Part shown: positions 34,872 to 43,892 of the stretch, piece after piece | How positions within the stretch are numbered: position 1 is the stretch's first letter | How the letters are laid out: each line of letters begins with the position of its first letter | Assembly: GCA_964246305.1 (NCBI GenBank) | Contig: CAXTPS010000006.1 | Location: 97,338-161,337, forward strand | Origin: an uncultured Pyrinomonadaceae bacterium | GTDB taxonomy: Bacteria > Acidobacteriota > Blastocatellia > Pyrinomonadales > Pyrinomonadaceae | DNA: 64,000 nt | Direction: 5' to 3' | The notes under the pieces: model-generated | Seen by the model: the letters and a program-made list of their open reading frames with translations, nothing else | What the model was told of the DNA's origin: nothing | The model's database searches: none | Translations under genes and position numbers: made by a program

Positions 34872-36008
34872 TTATTTTCTCTTTGATTTACGATATTCAG
34901 CCAGCAGCAATTCCATAAACTCGTCGCGCCGGTCATAGAGTCTTTTCGGCTCGCGCGGTTCGTGCCGCGCCAGCGCGTAGGCCGTGATAATCGGTAACGC
35001 GACGGTCGAATCAACATAACATACAACCGCGTCGGGCAACCTGTCGGGGTCAATCTTGCCCCACGAGACTGCCTCGCCCGGAGTCGCGCCACTTAACCCG
35101 CCCGTGTCAGGACGCGCGTCCGTGATTTGTAAAAAGTAGTCGTGGCCGCGCTCGTCTATGCCTAAGACTTCCTGTATCTGCGGCTCAGTTTGAAGCATAA
35201 AGTTTTTGGGGCTGCCGCCGCCGAGGATAAAGACGGCGGATTTGCCGCCGTGCTTTTTACCTTTATCGCCGCGCCCGTGGATCGCACCGCGCTTGCCCGC
35301 GAGGACGATGGCTGCAGTCTCATTGACATCGAGCGACGGATCAAAGGCGAGTTTATTGCCCTGCAAAGCTTTCGCGGCCACGTTCATGCCGATGGAAGAA
35401 TCGCCCGGCGATGAAGTGTAAATCGGAACCGCATATTCATAAGCAGCGGCGAGTAGCGATTTATTTTCGATGCCGAGTTTGCGCTCGCGCTCACGCACAT
35501 AACGACCGCAGAGATAATGAAACTCGGCGGTTGACATGGGCTTTTGAAACTCTTCGCCCTCGATAATCTTGCGGAAGAAAGCGTCCGTGTCGAGCAGTAC
35601 GCTGTAATCGAAAAAGATGTCATAGATACGCACGACCTCTTCTTCACGCAGCACGATGTCCGAGACGAGCGTGTTGCCCTGATGCATCTGGAGGCCGATG
35701 CCGAAGTGCGTGTCGTGATAAAGATTCGCGCCCGTCGAGATAATCCAGTCAACGAAGCCAGCCTGTATGAGCGGTATCAGGGCAGAGATGCCAAGCCCTG
35801 CTGGCGTCAACGCGCCCGTGATGGAAAGCCCGACCGTCACGTCCGGCTCCAGCATCTTCTGCGTCAGCAGATGGCACGCTTCGCGCAGGCGCGCGGCGTT
35901 GTAAGCCATGAACGCATTATCCACGAGGTCTGCCAGCGCGGTCGCGCCCGTTATCGGAGCCGGGTCAATCCGCTTGCCTTGCAGGAACTTGCTTCTCTTC
36001 TTCGCCAT
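34872..36008 (-). CDS. deoxyhypusine synthase-family protein (DHS-like NAD/spermidine-binding)
   Basis: [17 protein letters not shown]...[15 protein letters not shown]...[10 protein letters not shown]...GGGSPKNF is DHS-like throughout. Confidence 0.85.
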   Translation of the reverse strand: MAKKRSKFLQGKRIDPAPITGATALADLVDNAFMAYNAARLREACHLLTQKMLEPDVTVGLSITGALTPAGLGISALIPLIQAGFVDWIISTGANLYHDTHFGIGLQMHQGNTLVSDIVLREEEVVRIYDIFFDYSVLLDTDAFFRKIIEGEEFQKPMSTAEFHYLCGRYVRERERKLGIENKSLLAAAYEYAVPIYTSSPGDSSIGMNVAAKALQGNKLAFDPSLDVNETAAIVLAGKRGAIHGRGDKGKKHGGKSAVFILGGGSPKNFMLQTEPQIQEVLGIDERGHDYFLQITDARPDTGGLSGATPGEAVSWGKIDPDRLPDAVVCYVDSTVALPIITAYALARHEPREPKRLYDRRDEFMELLLAEYRKSKRK

Positions 36009-36038
36009 GCTCTCCTCTAATCAATAAGAAATTTTACA

Positions 36039-36186
36039 AGGATAGGCAGGATGAGCAGGATGTAAATAAAGGATGAAAGCAATGCTATTGATAGCATGCT
36101 TTTCATCAACCAATATTTCTCATTAAAGATTTGGAATCTCAAATCTGCTATCTGAAATTCTTATCCTGTCTATCCTGTCCATCCCT
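36039..36186. repeat. intergenic composite hairpin (AGGATAG/CAGGATG arms; inner palindrome; AATCTCAAATC word)
   Basis: The left arm is aggataggcaggatgagcaggatg. The inner hairpin is aaagcaatgctattgatagcatgctttt. The right arm is cttatcctgtctatcctgtccatccct. Confidence 0.75.
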
Positions 36187-36187
36187 G

Positions 36188-36424
36188 TTAATTTTTTTGC
36201 TTCTCGCTCTCAGCAAATCTCTCCAGACACGAGCGGCACAAGCAATGCCCGTAACGCTCGCGCAAGTTTGCAAGCGTGTCATCGGTCAGCTTTACTTCGC
36301 TGCACCAACAGCCATCCAATCTTGCTCTACATGAAAACACACTGCCGCAGGCTTCGCATCTCTCGGCAACAGGCGTAGAGGAGACAGGCTCAAGCCCGTG
36401 CGACTCTAACTTTGTTTCGCTCAT
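36188..36424 (-). CDS. cysteine-rich CWC-family protein
   Basis: CEACGSVFSCRARLDGCWCSEVKL...HCLCRSCLERF. It overlaps the upstream gene by 4 nt. Confidence 0.7.
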   Translation of the reverse strand: MSETKLESHGLEPVSSTPVAERCEACGSVFSCRARLDGCWCSEVKLTDDTLANLRERYGHCLCRSCLERFAESEKQKN

Positions 36425-37722
36425 TCAGCCTCTTCCTCGCTCTCTGCTTCTTCGGGCACGCGTCTGAGGCGCAGGCGCGAGATGCGGCGGTTGTCTGCTT
36501 CGAGCACCTCTAAATCGAGACCGCGAAACGCGAGCCTCTCGCCCGTGCGCGGGACGTAGCCCGATTCGCTGATGACGAGTCCGGCGATGGTCGTGAAGTC
36601 ATCGTCCTCTATCTCCATGCCGAGCAGCCGCTCTATCTTCCCTATCTCGGTCGAGCCGAGCACGTCGTAATATCCGTCGCTCGCCTCCACGATCTCGATA
36701 ATATCTTCGCCCTCTGTGTCTTCGTCTTCAATCTCGCCGACTATCTCTTCCAAAATATCTTCGACGGTGACAAGCCCGGCGACGCCGCCATACTCGTCAA
36801 TCACCATCGCAAGCTGCACGCGCGCCTTCTGCATCTCTTCGAGGAGGTCTGCGACGGGCTTGGTCTCAGGCACGAAGTAGACAGGACGAACGAGCGTCGC
36901 GATGGCTTCGTCTTCCCTGCCCTCAGGCCAGCAGATGAGCAGGTCGCGAACGTAAATGAGACCTTCCACGCTGTCAATCTGCTCACGATAGACGGGCAGG
37001 CGCGAGTACTTGGATTCGATCATCAGGTCGCGCGCCTCGCGCACAGTGGCTGTGACCGGCAGCGCGACTATCTCAGTGCGCGGCGTCATCACTTCGCTCA
37101 CCAACGTGTCGCCGAACTCGATGATTGACTGAATCCGCTCGCCCTCTTCCTCTTCAAGAATTCCTTCCGCTGCTCCGACATCGATCAGAGCCTGTATGTC
37201 ATCGCCGCTGTCTTCATCCTCATTATCCGCCTCGTTATCCAGCAACTGCCGCTTGCGCCTCACGCGATCAAACGAGCGATGCCACGGGTCTGCCGCGAAA
37301 GTCAGCGAGCGATAGAATGGACGCACCAACGGCAAGAGCAGTAAGAGCACCGCTTCCGGATTACGCACCGTCACCAGACGCGGAATAAACTGGCGAAAGA
37401 TTCCCGCCAGCACTAGCCCGGCAATCAGCGCGATGAGAATAAAGCGTGTGTTCGAGAACCAGCGGAACGAGATCGAAGTGACGAGGACGGAGAAGGCTAC
37501 GAGCAGAATCTGTATAACCGCTGAGAGGGTAAAGCGAAAGCGCGGCCTGTTCTCCAGAATCTCTTTGAGAAACGGCGTCGAGCGCGCCGCCGGATGCTCC
37601 TCGGCCTCGCTAATCAGCCTGCGCAAACCGACATCGCTCAACTGGCCGAACGCCATATCAACCGTCGCCAGAAACGTCAGCGCGACGAGAAGCAAACCTG
37701 TGATCGCTATTTCGATGCCCAT
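36421..37722 (-). CDS. CNNM/DUF21-CBS-CorC_HlyC family protein (TlyC/CorC-like hemolysin/Mg-Co efflux family)
   Basis: A four-TM DUF21 N-terminus is followed by a CBS pair ([14 protein letters not shown]...SRLPVY) and a CorC_HlyC C-terminal domain. It sits in the conserved phoH-ybeY-corC context. Confidence 0.9.
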   Translation of the reverse strand: MGIEIAITGLLLVALTFLATVDMAFGQLSDVGLRRLISEAEEHPAARSTPFLKEILENRPRFRFTLSAVIQILLVAFSVLVTSISFRWFSNTRFILIALIAGLVLAGIFRQFIPRLVTVRNPEAVLLLLLPLVRPFYRSLTFAADPWHRSFDRVRRKRQLLDNEADNEDEDSGDDIQALIDVGAAEGILEEEEGERIQSIIEFGDTLVSEVMTPRTEIVALPVTATVREARDLMIESKYSRLPVYREQIDSVEGLIYVRDLLICWPEGREDEAIATLVRPVYFVPETKPVADLLEEMQKARVQLAMVIDEYGGVAGLVTVEDILEEIVGEIEDEDTEGEDIIEIVEASDGYYDVLGSTEIGKIERLLGMEIEDDDFTTIAGLVISESGYVPRTGERLAFRGLDLEVLEADNRRISRLRLRRVPEEAESEEEAE

Positions 37723-37723
37723 A

Positions 37724-37824
37724 GTTTAGTTTAGAGAGTTAAGAGTTTAGAGAGTTCGGAGAATTAAGACAAGCTCAACACTTTCCGAATTCTCCAAACT
37801 CTTAACTCTCTAAACTCTCCAAAC
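37724..37824. repeat. intergenic hairpin built from GTTTAGAGAG / CTCTCTAAAC words
   Basis: gtttagtttagagagttaagagtttagagagttcggagaatt...gaattctccaaactcttaactctctaaactctccaaac. Confidence 0.85.
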
Positions 37825-37835
37825 TGTTCGACCGA

Positions 37836-38261
37836 TTATATTCCGAGCCTGCGACGAAGACGGACTTCCAGACGATTCATCTCCCCCTCATCCGTCTCGT
37901 GATCGTACCCGCACAGGTGCAGCATGCCGTGAAGAATAAGCTGCGCGATCTCTTCTTCAAAGCTCAGGTTATTCTCTACCGCCTGCTTTGCAGCACGCTC
38001 GACCGAGATCACCACATCACCTAAGCTAACTTCCTCCGGCTGCTCAAAGGTTTCGCGCGCAGACGGAAACGAAAGCACATCTGTCGTCCAACTCTTCCCG
38101 CGAAAGCGATGGTTCAAATCACGCATCGCACGGTCAGAGACAAATACGATGGTCGCGCTCTCGCCCTTCGCGCCAATCGCACTTAAAGCTTTTCCGGCAA
38201 TTTCGCGCCAACGCTCTATATCCACCTGACGCCGTCGCTGGCGATTCACGATTTCAATCAT
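37836..38261 (-). CDS. ybeY: rRNA maturation endoribonuclease YbeY
   Basis: The HGMLHLCGYDHE zinc-binding motif, its size (141 aa) and its position between phoH and corC. Confidence 0.9.
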   Translation of the reverse strand: MIEIVNRQRRRQVDIERWREIAGKALSAIGAKGESATIVFVSDRAMRDLNHRFRGKSWTTDVLSFPSARETFEQPEEVSLGDVVISVERAAKQAVENNLSFEEEIAQLILHGMLHLCGYDHETDEGEMNRLEVRLRRRLGI

Positions 38262-38262
38262 A

Positions 38263-38342
38263 GGTAACAGGTGATAAGTGACGGGTGATGGGTGATAAGA
38301 AAGAAGCTTTTAGTTTTATCTTATCACCCACCACTTATCATC
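38263..38342. repeat. intergenic hairpin built from GGTGATA / TATCACC words (copy 2)
   Basis: ggtaacaggtgataagtgacgggtgatgggtgataag...cttatcacccaccacttatcatc. Confidence 0.85.
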
Positions 38343-38345
38343 GCT

Positions 38346-39299
38346 CTAAATATTGCTCTTGCTCGTGTGATCCTCGTAGGCGCGGATGATCATCTGGACG
38401 AGGCGGTGGCGGACGACATCTTTGTCGGTGAAGTAGACGAACTCTATGTCTTCGACATTTGAGAGCACGCGTTCGGCTTCGACGAGGCCGCTGCGTTTTC
38501 CGGTCGGGAGGTCAATCTGCGTCACGTCGCCCGTGATGACCGCCTTCGAGCCGTAGCCGATACGTGTCAGGAACATCTTCATCTGCTCGCTCGTCGTGTT
38601 CTGCGCTTCATCCAAGATGATAAAAGCATTCGACAAGGTTCTCCCGCGCATGAAGGCGAGCGGCGCGACTTCGATGACGCGCTTCTCAAGGAGCTTGGTC
38701 ACGCGCTCGTAATCTATCAGGTCAAAGAGCGCGTCGTAGAGCGGTCTCAAGTATGGATCAACCTTGTCCTGCAAATCTCCCGGAAGGAAACCCAGTTTCT
38801 CTCCGGCCTCAACCGCCGGACGCGCCAGCACGATGCGATCAACCTGCTTCTGCATTAAAGCCTGCACGGCCATCGCCACGGCCAAATAAGTTTTCCCCGT
38901 GCCAGCTACCCCTATGCCGAAGACGACATCTCTGCTCTGAATCGCTTCGATGTAGCGACGCTGCGTGGCGGATTTCGGGGCGACCTGTTTCTTGCCGGCG
39001 GGATTGAAGCGGGCTTTTGTGAAGTAGTCGCGCAGTGAATAGGCGCGGTCTTCTGCGATCTGTGCGAAGGCTTCGCGCAGCTCTTTGTCCGTAAAAGTTT
39101 TGCCCTCTGTGAAGAGGTCCGAGAAATCTTCCAGAATACGCTCGACGGTCTTGACATCCTTTGGGTCGCCGTCAACCGTCAAGTCCTGTCCGCGCGCATT
39201 GATACGCACGTCAAGCAGTGATTCCAGATATTTGATGTTCTGGTCATGGACGCCGAACAGCGTCTCTAAGCCTCTGGGCGGAAGTTCTATCTTCTTCAA
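38346..39299 (-). CDS. phoH: PhoH-family ATPase
   Basis: Walker [20 protein letters not shown], and a PhoH-like length of 317 aa. Confidence 0.9.
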   Translation of the reverse strand: MKKIELPPRGLETLFGVHDQNIKYLESLLDVRINARGQDLTVDGDPKDVKTVERILEDFSDLFTEGKTFTDKELREAFAQIAEDRAYSLRDYFTKARFNPAGKKQVAPKSATQRRYIEAIQSRDVVFGIGVAGTGKTYLAVAMAVQALMQKQVDRIVLARPAVEAGEKLGFLPGDLQDKVDPYLRPLYDALFDLIDYERVTKLLEKRVIEVAPLAFMRGRTLSNAFIILDEAQNTTSEQMKMFLTRIGYGSKAVITGDVTQIDLPTGKRSGLVEAERVLSNVEDIEFVYFTDKDVVRHRLVQMIIRAYEDHTSKSNI

Positions 39300-39633
39300 A
39301 AGGTAAAGCTGTCTCCTTGTGTTGTGTGAAAATACCGCGCCGCACGGCGCACGGGCGGATGAGGGGTTGGCAAAGTTTCGTTCAACGCTTGCACAAGGGC
39401 GACGCTACTACAGCGTGCGCGCGAGTGTCAACGCTGGCCTTCAGGATGAGAACAACAAATGAAATTTAAATGTTGACACTTTTCAAATGAAGTATCTATC
39501 ATGATTGCGTTGCTCAAGACATTCAAGGCTTGAAATCGGCTTGACTCATGAGCCTATTTGCAAGCTTCTTTACCACTCGCTCGCACCGTAGCGGTAAAAC
39601 CTCAAACCACTTAAAAATCAGGAGTCCTCTACA

Positions 39634-39768
39634 ATGCAAACTCTCAAGCAATCAGTTAAAAGACTGTTCCTCATTGCCATCGCGATGACACTGTTATCGG
39701 CGACGGCGATTTCCGTCTACGCGACTATCTACTTTGTGGGTCAATATTCAGACGGAACCACCTCTTGA
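39634..39768 (+). CDS. small hydrophobic ORF (44 aa) ending at an in-frame TGA; the frame stays open to 39996
   Basis: An AGGAG sequence lies 8 nt upstream of the ATG. The product is MQTLKQSVKRLFLIAIAMTLLSATAISVYATIYFVGQYSDGTTS*. See the finding on possible recoding or a pseudogene. Confidence 0.35.
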   Translation: MQTLKQSVKRLFLIAIAMTLLSATAISVYATIYFVGQYSDGTTS

Positions 39769-40062
39769 ATAAGCTGCGGCTCTTCCGCCGGCTCAACGTA
39801 TTGGGAATGCCCCCCTGAGGCGGGCGTTGTGTCGAGCGAGCTGACATGCGAGGGGCGGCAGAAAATTTCTGTAGTCTTCCAGACGGAGGCGGGGAAGGAG
39901 GCGGAGGCGGCAACGGTCATCCGCCGATCCAACAATGACTCGCAAGTAGATTTGGTCAGCTTGTTCAATCCTTGTCTCGCATCATCAACCATATGAGATG
40001 CGAGACAAGGATTGCGCTAATTGTTTACGCAACCTCAAACAACATTTACAGAGAGCGCGATC

Positions 40063-40872
40063 ATGAAACGATTGATCCTGATTTCAGTCAGCGTGTTGCT
40101 GCTTACTTCTTCTGATAAAGGCCAAGCCTTAAAATCCGCCGATCAGGTCAAAGATGATTCTCAAGTTCAAAAGCTCATCGTATTTTCTGAGCTTCAATCT
40201 CTTGAGACCAGAGCATCGAGGCTCGATGCGCCTCTGGCGCGAGCCGCCGCAAAAGCGGAAATTGCAGATGCGGCATGGACGCTTGATAAGACATGGGCGC
40301 AGAAGCTCCTCACAGAAGCTTATGAGCTGACCTTTCCCGGTGAGGAAGAACAAATCAAGCTGCGTAATAGACCGGCTGGCTCGGCTCCCATTCTTCCAGC
40401 CGAGATTGACCGCGCCCGAGGCGAGATACGAAATCGCGTGCTCAGCATTGCCAATCGAGACAAAAACTTTGCCGATCAATTGTTTCAGTCGGGAGCTAAG
40501 CGGCTCGGCAAGTATGAAGAACATTTTAGGGATGCTGTTCTCGCTCATCAAGCAATCAAAGATGGTCGGCTGGATGAGGCTGTCCGATACATAGTTCAGG
40601 CCATTGAAGCTGATCCGACGCAGATTACTATTGTTCCTGAAATTCAGGCTATAGCCGCGCAAGACCGTGCTGCCGCAGATGATTTGATCGTTCAATACTT
40701 AGAGAAGCTGCGGAGATTTCCTCTCTCAATCGATAAGACTTTTGGCAGAGTGTATCTTATTCTGAACCAACTCATCTTTCCCGGCTCGATCACAGACCTC
40801 AACGGACGACCAATCGCCGCGCCCGGCCCGGAGGTGATGAGAGCCTCGTCAGCTATGTCATTGAAAGTCTAA
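40063..40872 (+). CDS. hypothetical secreted helical protein, probable N-terminal part of a frameshifted gene
   Basis: The signal peptide is MKRLILISVSVLLLTSS. GC is reduced. The downstream ORF frame is already open from 40737. Confidence 0.5.
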   Translation: MKRLILISVSVLLLTSSDKGQALKSADQVKDDSQVQKLIVFSELQSLETRASRLDAPLARAAAKAEIADAAWTLDKTWAQKLLTEAYELTFPGEEEQIKLRNRPAGSAPILPAEIDRARGEIRNRVLSIANRDKNFADQLFQSGAKRLGKYEEHFRDAVLAHQAIKDGRLDEAVRYIVQAIEADPTQITIVPEIQAIAAQDRAAADDLIVQYLEKLRRFPLSIDKTFGRVYLILNQLIFPGSITDLNGRPIAAPGPEVMRASSAMSLKV

Positions 40873-40901
40873 ATAGCTTAGAGCAAAGTCATCCGGGCTT
40901 T

Positions 40902-41804
40902 TTGAAGAGCATCAGAAGCATACTCATGACAGCGTGGTTGCCGTTACAGCAGTACGCGCCGGAGATGACCGGAGCCTTCCTGGAGTTGGAAAAATTAAGC
41001 AGGCCGCCCGGACAGGAGGCGACGTTTCCGCAGATCAGCGCAGAGCAAGCGCGTCGTAACGATTATGAAAAGCAGAGACAGCAGGCTCTTGACCGTAACC
41101 AGCCGGATGAGTCGATAATCAACGATGCGATTAACCAGGGAGATTTCGATGCGGCGCGAAAGCTGATTGCGCAACTTGCCAATGAAGAGTTGAAGATAAA
41201 GCTCCTTGAAATAGTTAATCTGCAAGAAGCCGTGACGCTCGCGCAGAAGGGCGAGTCGACTGAAGCTGACAGGTTGGCTCAACGCTTGAATAAGGCAACC
41301 TCAATTCTTCAAGCTTACCCGCTCATCCTTGATAAATGCGTTGAAAGTAAAAATGAATCGTATGCCGCCGCGTTGCTCCAACAGGCAATACAGCAACTTA
41401 AACGCGCCAACGCCGAGTTATCTCAGCCTTCCGCAGATATTCCTGCGCTCTCGGTTGCAACCGACAGGGAAGTTGATCCCACTCTCCTGAGTCTTAGTAA
41501 ATTGGCGAAGTCGGTTTCACCAATTAATGAATCACTGGCCTTGTCCGTGCTTGATGAAATTGTGCTGGCAGCTAATCACAGCAAGATAGACACAGGATAC
41601 GGACATATAGGCTTTGATGTCAGCGTTTTTAGAAAACTGGCTGTGAACAATGAGGCGCGAGTGCGTCAAGCTGCCGGTAATTTCCAAGACCCTTTGCGTC
41701 AAATTATTGCTCTTTCGGCGCTCTCTCAAGCAAAAGCAGAGAAATTGGCAAGGGAGGCCAAAGCGGCTACTGAGAGCCAAAAGAAAGGCATGCTGTCTCC
41801 TTGA
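40902..41804 (+). CDS. hypothetical helical protein, probable C-terminal part of the same frameshifted gene
   Basis: The only start is a TTG with no signal peptide. Its frame is open for 165 nt upstream (from 40737) and overlaps the 3' end of the upstream ORF. Confidence 0.45.
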   Translation: MKSIRSILMTAWLPLQQYAPEMTGAFLELEKLSRPPGQEATFPQISAEQARRNDYEKQRQQALDRNQPDESIINDAINQGDFDAARKLIAQLANEELKIKLLEIVNLQEAVTLAQKGESTEADRLAQRLNKATSILQAYPLILDKCVESKNESYAAALLQQAIQQLKRANAELSQPSADIPALSVATDREVDPTLLSLSKLAKSVSPINESLALSVLDEIVLAANHSKIDTGYGHIGFDVSVFRKLAVNNEARVRQAAGNFQDPLRQIIALSALSQAKAEKLAREAKAATESQKKGMLSP

Positions 41805-41919
41805 CACACTAGCGTTCGATACCTATACTTTGTCGCTTGTGCTTGCAGCATAAAAAAGCGGCTATCGCAGCCTGCTGTATACACAAGAGCTTAGATAAAG
41901 TTTTTTGACGGAGAGTTCG

Positions 41920-42192
41920 ATGCCAAATCATAAATCAGCAGAAAAACGCGTGCGCCAGAACGAGAAACGCCGCGACATAAACCGCAGCAACCGCACACGC
42001 CTGCGCACTTCGATTAAGAAATTGCGCTCGGCGCTCGCGGGCGGAGAAGCGGAACAGTTGGGCACATTGCTGCCGGAGACGATTTCCAAAATTGACAAAG
42101 CAGTGCAGAAGGGCGTGCTTCATCGCAACGCAGCCGCGCGTCATAAATCTCGTTTGACGGCGCGCGTCAATCAAGCGACGACGGCGAAGTAA
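41920..42192 (+). CDS. rpsT: 30S ribosomal protein S20
   Basis: MPNHKSAEKRVRQNEKRRDINRSNRTRLRTSIKKL...VLHRNAAARHKSRL. Confidence 0.9.
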   Translation: MPNHKSAEKRVRQNEKRRDINRSNRTRLRTSIKKLRSALAGGEAEQLGTLLPETISKIDKAVQKGVLHRNAAARHKSRLTARVNQATTAK

Positions 42193-42215
42193 GCTTTTTC
42201 AAATTCAAATTTAAT

Positions 42216-42260
42216 GGCGAGGCGGGCTGAAAACTATTTTCAGCCCGCCTCGCCTTTTTG
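42216..42260 (+). terminator. rho-independent terminator of rpsT
   Basis: The perfect stem ggcgaggcgggctgaaaa / ttttcagcccgcctcgcc is followed by a ttttt run. Confidence 0.8.
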
Positions 42261-42301
42261 CATTCGCTCTTGAAAGAGTGCGAAAGTCAAAGGAGAGGCA
42301 A

Positions 42302-42739
42302 ATGATGAAGGATGAGCCGGAGGCATACAAAACTTCAGAAGAGGTTCTGGCGGTCGTGCGAAAGTTTGAGACGTGCGTCTTCGCGCCCGGTGAATTTCAC
42401 CACCGCGAACACCTGACCGTCGCGCTCTGTTACCTGATGGACTCGGACGGGCAAGCGGCGTTGCAGCGTTTGCGCGCAAACCTCTTTCGCTTTCTCAGTC
42501 ATCACCGGATTCAGGAGAACATTTACCACGAGACGATTACGCTCTTCTGGCTGAGGCGCGTCGGTCACTTTCTCGAACAGGCCGACAAAGATATTCCTTT
42601 ATCAGAGACAGCCAACCAAGTCATCTCGCTTTGCGGTGAGGCGAAGATCATTTTTGCTTACTACACCAAAGACCTTTTAGAGTCACAGAGGGCGCGAACA
42701 TCATGGGTTGAACCGAACATCAAGCAGCTGGATTTTTAA
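42302..42739 (+). CDS. hypothetical protein (145 aa)
   Basis: An AAGGAGAGG sequence lies upstream of the ATGATG. The product is MMKDEPEAYKTSEEVLAVVRKFE...HETITLFWLRRV, and I cannot name a family. Confidence 0.5.
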   Translation: MMKDEPEAYKTSEEVLAVVRKFETCVFAPGEFHHREHLTVALCYLMDSDGQAALQRLRANLFRFLSHHRIQENIYHETITLFWLRRVGHFLEQADKDIPLSETANQVISLCGEAKIIFAYYTKDLLESQRARTSWVEPNIKQLDF

Positions 42740-42789
42740 TTTCAGCAGATTTCCTTGCTCTTAACTCCCACTCTCAAAGGAGAAACACT

Positions 42790-43695
42790 ATGAAATTCCT
42801 ATCCTTACTGCGTCCCACAAGATTTGTCGTGGGCGCGTTTTTGCTGAGTTGCGCAGGGCTTGCATTATGGAGCGTTTGGCGCGTGCCCACAGTGCGCGGC
42901 GAGCAGGATTTCCGGCAGGATTTCTATGCACGGGTTCGCGGCGGCGTGGGTGACGAAGTTAGTCTAGCTGTACCCGGAGCTTCTACGCTGACGGTCAAAG
43001 CTTCTGTGGATTCACTCTCAAACTTCATGTACAGCCGTTCTGGAGTTGCGCTCAACGAATCAGTTAAAAACAGATTGGCGGAAATGGAGGCCCGCGCGCT
43101 GGCGGGCACTGCTCGTCAGCTTACGCCGGATGAATTGAGCGATATTCTCGCCGAGACCGCTCTTGAGCGCATTGCTACACTGTCTCCGCAGCAAATAGAA
43201 TATGTGGCGGAAATGTTCAGGGGCTTTAACGATCCTCGACTGCCAGAGAGTTTTCAGCGTGGACGCAGTCATGTTCATTTTCGCGCGAGCAGCGGCGAAG
43301 GCGGAACGCCCGACGAGTTTATCGGGCAGCTAACAAAAATCAAAGAAGCTGATCCTATCTCCTCGAAGATATATTCCGGCGCGGCCAGAAGCTTAGCAGC
43401 ACAAGAAGTAGTCGCACGCATAGGTACACTCAGCGCGGCAGTCCCGAATAAGTATGGCGCGGTGAAAAGTCACATGACGCCTTTACAGGCCGTTCTTATT
43501 GCTTATGCAGTTGCCAGCGATGATTCTTTATGCGATTCGGCAGCAAACCTAAGCTCAAGCATGCAAGCCACTCAAACCGGCGTGACGAATGTCACCGGAG
43601 AGACGTACCCCAATCCTGATAACTATAGAGCCTATGGCCCGAACGGTTATCTTTTCTCGTCTCCTTTAGACTTATACTTGATGAACACACATTAA
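42790..43695 (+). CDS. hypothetical protein with N-terminal signal/anchor (301 aa)
   Basis: An AAAGGAG sequence lies upstream. It has the hydrophobic N-terminus FVVGAFLLSCAGLALWSVW. GC is reduced. Confidence 0.5.
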   Translation: MKFLSLLRPTRFVVGAFLLSCAGLALWSVWRVPTVRGEQDFRQDFYARVRGGVGDEVSLAVPGASTLTVKASVDSLSNFMYSRSGVALNESVKNRLAEMEARALAGTARQLTPDELSDILAETALERIATLSPQQIEYVAEMFRGFNDPRLPESFQRGRSHVHFRASSGEGGTPDEFIGQLTKIKEADPISSKIYSGAARSLAAQEVVARIGTLSAAVPNKYGAVKSHMTPLQAVLIAYAVASDDSLCDSAANLSSSMQATQTGVTNVTGETYPNPDNYRAYGPNGYLFSSPLDLYLMNTH

Positions 43696-43735
43696 ATCGC
43701 CTGTTAGACAAGATTCAGGAAAGGAGCGTGGGACA

Positions 43736-43828
43736 ATGAAATCTCTAATTCGTTTGTTGATTCCATCTCTAGCTCTTTTGACCTTCTATGCTTCTTGCCA
43801 TACTACTGTGAGTCCAATCAACCAATAA
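43736..43828 (+). CDS. possible 30-aa mini-ORF with lipoprotein-like signal
   Basis: An AAGGAG sequence lies 9 nt upstream of the ATG. The product is MKSLIRLLIPSLALLTFYASCHTTVSPINQ*. This is very tentative. Confidence 0.2.
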   Translation: MKSLIRLLIPSLALLTFYASCHTTVSPINQ

Positions 43829-43836
43829 AGCGTAAA

Positions 43837-43875
43837 GTGGAAGAGCAGCAACATGCTTTCTTGCTCTCTTCCACC
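43837..43875. terminator. hairpin between convergent genes (possible bidirectional terminator)
   Basis: gtggaagagcagcaacatgctttcttgctctcttccac. Confidence 0.4.
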
Positions 43876-43892
43876 TTCCACACCTCAGTTAT

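Noticed and set aside
39473-39502. TTGACA-N18-TATCAT as a sigma-70-like promoter upstream of the small ORF at 39634.
   Set aside because: It is plausible, but the spacer is 18 nt and the -10 element is imperfect. Promoter consensus for this lineage is not established from this window alone, so it is not reported as a feature.
39741-39992. An 83-aa minus-strand ORF antisense to the extended small ORF.
   Set aside because: It has no Shine-Dalgarno sequence, and its start codon lies inside the hairpin loop. It shares third codon positions with the plus-strand frame, so its openness is explained as a shadow. It is not fully excluded.
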